From the NCBI GenBank assembly GCA_046347205.1, contig JAXMGN010000002.1:670224-734223 (forward strand): 64,000 bases of DNA, given 5' to 3'. Below the pieces are notes generated by a model. That model had not been told where the DNA came from. It searched no databases and worked only from the letters and a program-made list of their open reading frames with translations. Each line of letters starts with the position of its first letter. The stretch's first letter is position 1. The position numbers and the translations under genes are program-made. Below, in pieces: positions 1 to 7,195 of the stretch. Origin of the DNA: Pseudomonadales bacterium. GTDB lineage: Bacteria; Pseudomonadota; Gammaproteobacteria; Pseudomonadales; UBA7239.

Positions 1-2
1 TT

Positions 3-233
3 ATCGATCAGCCTTCTGCTGATTGCGGTGATATTAATCGACTGATTGACGCGCAACTGAGCCGTGTGCGTGCACGATTGAAAAGCATGCAAGCACTGGA
101 ACAACAACTCACTGTGTTGAGTAGCCGATGCGGTGAAAATCACGCTGCAAAAGAATGTGGCATCTTGCATGAATTGGTGGCAGCCGCGCACGGTGAAGCG
201 TGTGCTTGCCATGAAGGTGGATTGCATGAATAA
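3..233 (+). CDS. MerR-family metal-responsive transcriptional regulator, C-terminal fragment (N-terminus outside window)
   Basis: The frame is open from the window edge to TAA at 231-233. My own translation, not in the ORF track: ...RLIDAQLSRVRARLKSMQALEQQLTVLSSRCGENHAAKECGILHELVAAAHGEACACHEGGLHE*. It shows a coiled-coil dimerisation helix followed by a Cys/His-rich tail, as in CadR/ZntR/CueR-type regulators. Confidence 0.5.
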   Translation: MDQPSADCGDINRLIDAQLSRVRARLKSMQALEQQLTVLSSRCGENHAAKECGILHELVAAAHGEACACHEGGLHE

Positions 234-439
234 CAAATTGCAAAACGGTGTATGCGCAGCATTGGCTTCTGCCGCACTGTTCGATGCAAGTACGCAGTTT
301 GAAAATTTGTAAGCTACATAGTTCTGGGTGCAAACATAATAATAGCCATACCTACCTAGCTATTCTACCTGCCCACCAAGCAGAGTATCGACTTAACGTT
401 AGGTGGCGAATCTAAAACCACGAGGTCATCGTTTTCGTT

Positions 440-1228
440 ATGCAAAATAAAAATCCAGTTGCCATTTTTGGTGCAGGCGCAGCAGTTGGAACACTTGGTG
501 GTTTAATTGGGCTTGGTGGCGCAGAATTTCGTCTCCCGCTTTTAATTAGTGTTTTTGGTTTCAGTGCGCTTCCGGCAGTTATTCTTAATAAAGCCATGAG
601 TTTGGCGGTTGTTGCTACTGCGTTACCTTTTAGGGCGAACACTGTTCCATTTTCACAAGTATTTAGTCACTGGCAAATTATTGCCACATTGCTTGCCGGC
701 AGTTTATTGGGTGCATGGTTCGGTGCTGGGTGGGCAACAAAATTTAAATCACACACTTTGTATCGCGTGCTTGCTATCTTGCTTGTTGGTATTGCAATAG
801 CTTTAATTTTTGGCCACAACCCTAGCGCATCATCTGCTCCATCTCTGTCTGGCCTGTTACTTGCAATCGTTGGCGCTGTTGTTGGTTTTGGCATTGGTGT
901 GGTTGCTTCGCTCATGGGCGTTGCTGGAGGAGAGTTACTTATACCCGCCATCGTGCTTTTATTTGGTGCAGACCTCAAGCTTGCGGGTAGTCTTTCACTT
1001 GCCGTCAGTCTTCCTACCATGATCGTAGGTTTCACACGTTACAGCCGTGACCAAAGCTTTTCTGTTATTCGCTCAGAAAGTCGTTTTGTTCTTATCATGG
1101 TCGCAGGTTCACTTGCTGGTGCATTCATTGGTAGTCGGCTACTGGGCATTGTTCCAACTGAATATCTTTTGCCCATTCTCGCAGGTATTCTTTTAATTTC
1201 TTCGGTTAAAGTTTGGCACCATGCATAG
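440..1228 (+). CDS. TauE/SafE (TSUP, DUF81) family anion exporter membrane protein
   Basis: 262-aa polytopic hydrophobic ORF with Gly-rich helices (GGLIGLGGAEFRLPLL, MGVAGGELLIPA), typical of the two-repeat DUF81 architecture. Confidence 0.8.
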   Translation: MQNKNPVAIFGAGAAVGTLGGLIGLGGAEFRLPLLISVFGFSALPAVILNKAMSLAVVATALPFRANTVPFSQVFSHWQIIATLLAGSLLGAWFGAGWATKFKSHTLYRVLAILLVGIAIALIFGHNPSASSAPSLSGLLLAIVGAVVGFGIGVVASLMGVAGGELLIPAIVLLFGADLKLAGSLSLAVSLPTMIVGFTRYSRDQSFSVIRSESRFVLIMVAGSLAGAFIGSRLLGIVPTEYLLPILAGILLISSVKVWHHA

Positions 1229-1475
1229 TCACCACATAACAAGTCGCTCAAGCACGTTAACATTCATTCGATGGACAGCCTCAGTCTTGGCATGTTTTGC
1301 GCTTTATGTTAGGCCTTCGCTAGCATCTCTGTAAGCATCGACAGAGAACCCAACAGCCAAGGCTAGTTACTGGGTTTAATGTGGATTAGCACAAGTAATC
1401 CATTCTGACTTGGCAAGGCCCAGAAAAATATTTCACCATTATAAAATATGTTCCAGTGGGCAAAAAATCTGATCC

Positions 1476-2561
1476 TTATTTAGGTTTTTTCTTGAAATCG
1501 GAGTAACTTGTATATTCTTCGGCTATAGATCCATCAGAAAATGTCAGCTGGTTCGTTTTTAAACGAACGCCTAATTTCCCTTCTGGCAGATTCCATAAAG
1601 GGAGATGGCCATCCATAAACTGGTTAATATCTACTTCCCATACCATAGGCTGTTGCACGCCCTTTGCGAGAGGCTGTTCAAATACAGCATGAGCCTTCAT
1701 AGTAAAAATAGTAGTCTGATTAGCATCAACTACAAAAATTTCACCACTCCACTTAGCCACCGGAACATCTGACCCTGCCTGAAAGATAATCTGCAGCAAG
1801 ACCTTTTTATCGTAGCCCCACTTATCATCTACGCGGTTGGCTTTTTGCGCATCAACCAATCCAATATTTTGCTGCATGCTCTTCTGAATTTCAGCATTCG
1901 CTACAGCCAACCGTTTTTCCTGCTCTTGTTCAATGGCTGTCATCAGCTCAGCAGCATTATTGAATTGCACTAGCTGCCAATATCCACCCTGGTCTCGCAG
2001 CGTGAATTGCATTTCAAGCGGCATATTGAGATCTTCATTAACAAATGGCACGTACACATTGGCCACTTTTCCCTGTTTTACAATTCTGTAATCAATTTTC
2101 GTCTTATCATTAATGCCAAAGTTAGACATCATTCCGTCTAGGTTGGCATTTTCTTGTTTTGTGGAAGTAGAAGTAGGGATTACCGCTTGTCCATTGCCGG
2201 CAGCATCATTGCTACCTACATTTCCTGTTTCAATATATTTCAGTGTCGAATTTTTTAATCCTGTCAGCAGTGCAGGCTTCATCATCTGAATCATGCCAGC
2301 GCCAATAGCCTGCCCCATTTTTCCCCAACCCGATTCATTGGTATCAGCAGCCATTTTGGCCATCTGGGCACCAACAACATCGTCAACTAAACGACCATAC
2401 AGAGTGTCTGTATCTACGTGCTTTTGGAACAAAACGACATCATGCGTTTGCACCGATTTACGAATTTGCAAAATGGAATAAGTTGGAGTCGTGGTGTAGT
2501 AGTAATACCCGCCCCCTGTCGCCAGCAAAATGACCAGTACTGCTATGACAATCCGTTTCAT
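1476..2561 (-). CDS. membrane-anchored hypothetical protein with a DUF2939-like N-terminal region
   Basis: The ORF is trimmed to the internal ATG at 2561, which is preceded by GGAGAA. The N-terminus MKRIVIAVLVILLATGGGYYYY is a single TM anchor followed by a soluble region, as in DUF2939 proteins. The C-terminal ~150 aa has no motif I recognise. Confidence 0.55.
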   Translation of the reverse strand: MKRIVIAVLVILLATGGGYYYYTTTPTYSILQIRKSVQTHDVVLFQKHVDTDTLYGRLVDDVVGAQMAKMAADTNESGWGKMGQAIGAGMIQMMKPALLTGLKNSTLKYIETGNVGSNDAAGNGQAVIPTSTSTKQENANLDGMMSNFGINDKTKIDYRIVKQGKVANVYVPFVNEDLNMPLEMQFTLRDQGGYWQLVQFNNAAELMTAIEQEQEKRLAVANAEIQKSMQQNIGLVDAQKANRVDDKWGYDKKVLLQIIFQAGSDVPVAKWSGEIFVVDANQTTIFTMKAHAVFEQPLAKGVQQPMVWEVDINQFMDGHLPLWNLPEGKLGVRLKTNQLTFSDGSIAEEYTSYSDFKKKPK

Positions 2562-2700
2562 TGGTTTCTCCTTTTTGTGCTCATTGTAGCGACCTAATGA
2601 TCCCGGACACAGCCTCATTGTTCCTCCAAATACCCCACATACAAACAAATGGGGGGGTAATTTGGAACAACGGCTAGATGCTATACATATTATTTCATTT

Positions 2701-2717
2701 ATGCCATATAATGGCAT
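2701..2717. promoter_or_regulatory. perfect 7-3-7 inverted repeat ATGCCAT-ATA-ATGGCAT containing a TATAAT box, candidate abiE promoter/operator
   Basis: Seen directly in the sequence, 26 nt upstream of the abiEi ATG. AbiEi antitoxins are known to autoregulate through inverted repeats in their promoter. Confidence 0.35.
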
Positions 2718-2742
2718 TTATCAAATATTTAATGTAGCTGAA

Positions 2743-3561
2743 ATGAGCAAAATTGCGGGTATAGGCAAAAGCAGCAGAATAAAGCTCAGCAAAGTGCTTG
2801 AGCGTTATCCTAGGCTTATTTCAGCCGCATCTGTGGCTGAGGTGCTTGGCGTGGCTCCCAGCGAGGCAAATCGTGTGCTCGCCCGTTGGAGCCAGTCTGG
2901 TTGGGTCAATCGGGTCAAGCGTGGCCTCTACTCTCCCGTGTCTCTGGATACTGGGGCATCCACCCTTGCGCTAGAGGAACCCTTTCTAGTGGCAGACACC
3001 ATCTACGGGCCAGGGTATGTAGGAGGATTCAGTGCCGTGAAGCACTGGGATCTCTCAGAGCAAATTATTGAAACTGTCTATTACTTCACCACTAGGCAAG
3101 TCATGGACAGAAACCCTATTCACGGATCTGTGCAATTCAAACTGAAAACCGTGAAAGCGGCGAAGATGTTTGGATTAAAAGCCATCTGGATAGGCAGCAA
3201 GAAGATCAATGTAAGCGATGCCACTAAAACTATCGTTGATATCCTCAATGATCCAAAATTAGTCGGCGGCATGAGTATTGTCTATGACATTTTCAAAGAG
3301 TACTGCGAATCAGAATATTGCGATTTCCAGAAGCTATTAGACTACTGCCACAAAATGGAAAACAAAACGATATTCAAACGCCTGGGCTTTATGATCGATA
3401 CGAAAATGGCCAATATCCCCAAAGAGCTAAACAGCCTAGAAAAATTAATTTCGACTGGATACTCAAACTTTGATCCGTTAATTAAAAAAAATCACATCAT
3501 TGAAAAGTGGAAGATAAAAGCGCCAGTTTCATGGGTAGAAGAATATGATAGAAAAAAATGA
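2743..3561 (+). CDS. abiEi: type IV toxin-antitoxin / abortive infection antitoxin AbiEi (transcriptional regulator)
   Basis: The N-terminal wHTH-like segment LISAASVAEVLGVAPSEANRVLARWSQSGWVNRVKRGLY and the overall ~270-aa size fit AbiEi. The gene overlaps the downstream AbiEii gene by 17 nt. The start was chosen at MSKIAG. Confidence 0.8.
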   Translation: MSKIAGIGKSSRIKLSKVLERYPRLISAASVAEVLGVAPSEANRVLARWSQSGWVNRVKRGLYSPVSLDTGASTLALEEPFLVADTIYGPGYVGGFSAVKHWDLSEQIIETVYYFTTRQVMDRNPIHGSVQFKLKTVKAAKMFGLKAIWIGSKKINVSDATKTIVDILNDPKLVGGMSIVYDIFKEYCESEYCDFQKLLDYCHKMENKTIFKRLGFMIDTKMANIPKELNSLEKLISTGYSNFDPLIKKNHIIEKWKIKAPVSWVEEYDRKK

Positions 3562-4927
3562 GATTCTGACAACAGCCGAAGAACTCGGCCTGAATCCTGA
3601 TACCGTAGAAAAAGACTACGTGCTGGGCTGGCTACTTCATGGCATCCACAACCATGCTGCGACAAAGGGATGGGCATTCAAAGGCGGAACGAGTTTAAAG
3701 AAATGTTTTTTTGAAACATTTCGATTTTCAGAAGACCTGGATTTCACCCTATCAGATAATGGCCAATTGGACGCCGATTTCCTTAAGTCAACCTTTATTG
3801 AAATCATTGAACAGCTATCAGAAGAAGTAGGCATTGAGTTTTTACCAGATGAATTCAGGTTTAAAATCATTGACAAGGGAAATGGAAATTATTCTTCTCA
3901 AGGAAAAATCACCTACAACGGGCCATTAAGAAGGGCACGCGGTGTAGCAACAATAAAATTGGACCTTACAACAGATGAAGTCCTGGTTCTAACTCCAGTT
4001 GTAAACCGCGTTCACCACCCCTATTCCGACGAACCCGCAAATGGAATACATGCAACGTGCTATGCATTTGAAGAAGTGGTTGCAGAAAAAATACGTGCTT
4101 TAGCGCAAAGGTTACGCCCAAGAGACGTTTATGACGTAGTTCACTTCTTCCGAAACAGGGACATGATTGGAAATCCAAAGCTGGTACTCAGTGTTCTGGA
4201 TAAGAAATGCCAGTTCAAAAATATCGGCATTCCGACCTTTGAAGATATAGAGCAGCATGCAAAATTGGATGAACTGGAACCACAATGGGAACACATGCTT
4301 GCGCACCAACTACCAGCGCTGCCACCTATAGAAACATTCTGGCAAGATTTACAGCCATTTTTTGACTGGCTTGAAGGTCATCTGGAAGTTGAACAAATCG
4401 AGCCCAGCTCGACAATTACAGGTGATGTCTTCCACGTCAGTAGATTTTCCAGATATGGAAATATGCAATCTGTTCTTCATCAAATTCAGTTTGGTGCCGC
4501 AAATAGAGTTTGCATAAAACTTACATACAGCGGGAAAGAGCGCACGGTTGAGCCACTGTCTTTTAGAATAGCAAGTACAGGCAATAGACTATTTTTTGGA
4601 TTTGAACGTGAAGCGGGCCATGTGAAAGCGTATACCATCTCTAATATACAGAGCGTTGCAGTCACAAATATTCCTTATACAGAACAGTACCCCGTTGAGA
4701 TCAGTGCAACAGGAAATATTTCAATGCCGCCTATACGCCGTGAATCGACAGGGCGAATTCATTCAACTGGCATTTCGAGAAGACTTACGCATAGTGCGGC
4801 ACATAAAATTCAATGCCCAGTATGTAACAAAGTTTTTACAAGAAAAAATCCGTCTGACACAGCACTTAACAAACACAAGAACTCATGGGGTGGAAACTGC
4901 ACTGGACGACGCGGGCATCGTATCTGA
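3545..4927 (+). CDS. abiEii: AbiEii/AbiGii-family nucleotidyltransferase toxin with an atypical ~180-aa C-terminal extension
   Basis: NTase motifs are present: FKGGTSLKKCF...RFSEDLDF and EKIRALAQRLRPRDVYDV (DUF1814/AbiEii signature). The protein is 460 aa, against about 250-300 aa as I recall for the family. The extension holds a WYL-like stretch and C424-x2-C427-x16-H444-x7-C452. Confidence 0.85.
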   Translation: MIEKNEILTTAEELGLNPDTVEKDYVLGWLLHGIHNHAATKGWAFKGGTSLKKCFFETFRFSEDLDFTLSDNGQLDADFLKSTFIEIIEQLSEEVGIEFLPDEFRFKIIDKGNGNYSSQGKITYNGPLRRARGVATIKLDLTTDEVLVLTPVVNRVHHPYSDEPANGIHATCYAFEEVVAEKIRALAQRLRPRDVYDVVHFFRNRDMIGNPKLVLSVLDKKCQFKNIGIPTFEDIEQHAKLDELEPQWEHMLAHQLPALPPIETFWQDLQPFFDWLEGHLEVEQIEPSSTITGDVFHVSRFSRYGNMQSVLHQIQFGAANRVCIKLTYSGKERTVEPLSFRIASTGNRLFFGFEREAGHVKAYTISNIQSVAVTNIPYTEQYPVEISATGNISMPPIRRESTGRIHSTGISRRLTHSAAHKIQCPVCNKVFTRKNPSDTALNKHKNSWGGNCTGRRGHRI

Positions 4928-5226
4928 AACATAAGCCGCCGAAACGCTAACGAAATGCACAGATATTCAATGGTGTAAAACAACCATTAACACCCGCAGG
5001 GGTTTTTGTCGTGCAAACACTTCACCCTGTCCACAGCAATGGCGATCAACAATATGAGGATGGTTGTCACGAAGGCTCTTGCATGGTTTTCAAACACCAA
5101 CATCCATAATTTTTATCGCTAAACTTTGTCACTCGCTAACCAGAAACCAATAGGTATTGATAATCTGACTTATCAACACCAACACAACAAAAACCGCTCA
5201 ATTAACGCACCTACAGGAAATTTATA

Positions 5227-6066
5227 ATGGCAAGTAAAGACAATGTTTACATGGGGCCGAATGAGCATGGAATGACCCCAAGAATGTACACCAGTGTTAA
5301 AGGAAAATATTACTATTTCTACGACCCCAATCAACTCATTAAGCATAATGACATTCAAGAAGCAAAGACACTTTTAAACGAAATAGGAATGAAAGATGAA
5401 TCATTTCTTTCTCTTCTTTACTTTATATGGAATTGGAAAAACGCTGAGTTTTTACAGGTAACAAAAGAAGATTACGAAGCAAGAATGCGATCTGCAGCAG
5501 ATCATGTTAAAAAAGCCTACAAAATTATATTAAAACATAATGTGCACAGCAAAATACCAAAACTTAGAGATGTTATTTCCTATGCCAACGCAAGAATTTG
5601 CAAAAAAGTAAATGAAGGAAACAGTAAAATAAAGGTAGATTTTTTTGAATTCAACGAAAATGACACATCTATTAACGCCAGTATTATTACCGTTATGGAA
5701 GCTATTGATAAATATTTTTCAGATTCAACGATTTCTGATTTTTGGCAATTAGAACATTTACGAATGCTTCAACCCGGTGACACAAGGAATGTTAGAAGCT
5801 ATGAAAAGGAAACCATAGTAGAGAAGAAAGAAAAAAAGGGCGGGGTTAAGGTTTGCGCCAAAAGATTAGTTATGGCGTGGATATACATACATTTAAAAAA
5901 CCTAGGGGAACATTATGTTTCTGGAGATAATAAAAACATAATTATCACAAAAATAGCATCTGCTCTGCTAGGAGAAGAAGTAAAACCCGGCGCTTTTTCC
6001 AGCATGTTTCCTGAACAAAGAGATGCTTATTACCTACGCGCCAAACCGGGAGAGGCAAAACTATAG
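5227..6066 (+). CDS. hypothetical protein (no recognisable domain)
   Basis: 279-aa ORF with AGGAAA 7 nt upstream of the ATG. It is AT-rich and Lys/Asn/Ile-rich, consistent with foreign origin. It follows a 300-nt non-coding leader. Confidence 0.6.
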   Translation: MASKDNVYMGPNEHGMTPRMYTSVKGKYYYFYDPNQLIKHNDIQEAKTLLNEIGMKDESFLSLLYFIWNWKNAEFLQVTKEDYEARMRSAADHVKKAYKIILKHNVHSKIPKLRDVISYANARICKKVNEGNSKIKVDFFEFNENDTSINASIITVMEAIDKYFSDSTISDFWQLEHLRMLQPGDTRNVRSYEKETIVEKKEKKGGVKVCAKRLVMAWIYIHLKNLGEHYVSGDNKNIIITKIASALLGEEVKPGAFSSMFPEQRDAYYLRAKPGEAKL

Positions 6067-6071
6067 TTAGC

Positions 6072-6104
6072 GGAGCTTGCCTTCTAAAGGTTGAGACAAG
6101 CTCC
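6072..6104. terminator. hairpin between convergent genes (GGAGCTTG ... CAAGCTCC)
   Basis: 8-bp perfect stem seen in the 48-nt gap between two convergent island genes. There is no good T-run on either strand. Confidence 0.35.
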
Positions 6105-6114
6105 CCTTTATCAG

Positions 6115-7041
6115 CTAGTCTTGAAATATATCAAGGCAGTTTACGCAATCACCAGCACCCTCCCAAATTGCAGTGGAATCAAAAACTTCCATAGTATAGT
6201 CCGCATTGAGAATATTGAAGTATTGCTCAGCCAGCCTACTATCGTGATTTCTATAGTGTGATAAAGCACCAACCAGCCCACGAATACGTATGCAGTCGTA
6301 AAAGCCCGGCGCAAAACGCTTGTCATGCACAAACTGATTCGAGTAAACCATCAATCCAGAGTAAGGGTTATGTATTAGGACATCTTTCGCATTCTTAATA
6401 CCAATAACAGGCTCTTTTTTAAAGCACGCCAGCTTCTGAACTTTCATGCGAATCTCAAAGCGGGAAACCTGATTACCACCCCCTGACTTGTTATATACCA
6501 CTAAATATTGATTTGATTTTTCAGACCCGTGTTTTTGTGATAACAGACCATATTCACCATCAAAGGTTAAGCCCTTTAGATCTGAACCATCATGAAACAC
6601 AACCACATGATCCGGAATGCAGCCATACACATCAAACGTTGCATCCATTCTTGTGATATTTGCTCTCTCCCAGATTAAGCTGTAATCATCTTTCAGTAGA
6701 TACTTTAGAACGTTGACAAGTAGTTTACTGTCTTTAGTTGTTATCTTTGCAGGATTGTATTCCAGAGAGAATCCATTGGCCTGCATGTTGGGTTTATTGC
6801 CGTAACTAATTGTTGCCAGTGATTTCTTATCGTTGTACAGCAATATTATGTTGCCATATACGCTACCCTTCCTATTGGTTCTGACAAACTGAAACTTTTT
6901 ACTCTGAAATGCTTTCTCAGCACGATCAACAATGCAGCCAATGCCAGTTAAAGATATAGGTAGCGTAAACGCTATTTTATCCAGAAAGATATTGGTAACA
7001 CTCAAAGATTGCTGTTGCTGGATCACAAGTGGATTTTTCAT
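6115..7041 (-). CDS. putative replication initiation factor (Rep_trans-like)
   Basis: The motif pattern ITRMDATFDV ... YLVVYNKS ... SRFEIRMK resembles the RxDxxxD / YdK / RxE blocks of Rep_trans-family initiators. The gene lies next to a helicase gene in an integrative element. Confidence 0.5.
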   Translation of the reverse strand: MKNPLVIQQQQSLSVTNIFLDKIAFTLPISLTGIGCIVDRAEKAFQSKKFQFVRTNRKGSVYGNIILLYNDKKSLATISYGNKPNMQANGFSLEYNPAKITTKDSKLLVNVLKYLLKDDYSLIWERANITRMDATFDVYGCIPDHVVVFHDGSDLKGLTFDGEYGLLSQKHGSEKSNQYLVVYNKSGGGNQVSRFEIRMKVQKLACFKKEPVIGIKNAKDVLIHNPYSGLMVYSNQFVHDKRFAPGFYDCIRIRGLVGALSHYRNHDSRLAEQYFNILNADYTMEVFDSTAIWEGAGDCVNCLDIFQD

Positions 7042-7148
7042 AATCTTCTCTCACCTAATGTGATTGAATTAAATTGCAGAAAGTAGCTACAACCTGCTAT
7101 TAGCCCAACAGGTTATTGACAGCCCCTTCTATTGCATGCGCTGCTGCT

Positions 7149-7188
7149 AAAACTGGAGCCAGTGGTAAGCCCCCATTGGCTCCAGTTT
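7149..7188 (-). terminator. rho-independent terminator after the helicase gene
   Basis: 12-bp perfect stem AAACTGGAGCCA / TGGCTCCAGTTT, followed on the minus strand by TTTTA. It starts 8 nt downstream of the stop of the 7196-8971 CDS. Confidence 0.5.
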
Positions 7189-7195
7189 GGGCGAC

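Noticed and set aside
341-364. AATAGC-N12-GCTATT inverted repeat between the MerR fragment and the TauE gene, considered as a possible MerR operator
   Set aside because: The arms are only 6 bp. The repeat is not placed within a recognisable -35/-10 pair with the 19-20-bp spacer characteristic of MerR promoters.
1328-1336. TCTGTAAGC, with a nearby AGGCCT, is shared between the far edge of the island (1328-1336) and the int-tRNA spacer (10609-10617), so it could be an att core
   Set aside because: Nine base pairs is within chance expectation for a by-eye search. The right-hand copy is part of the tRNA terminator stem. No copy of the tRNA 3' end itself was found, so I do not call att sites.
4656-4934. 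92-aa alternative-frame ORF overlapping the 3' end of abiEii, raising the possibility of a frameshifted separate gene
   Set aside because: The abiEii frame stays open throughout and yields the structured WYL-like and zinc-finger-like sequence. The alternative frame gives no motif and lacks an RBS. I kept the fusion interpretation but flagged resequencing as a check.
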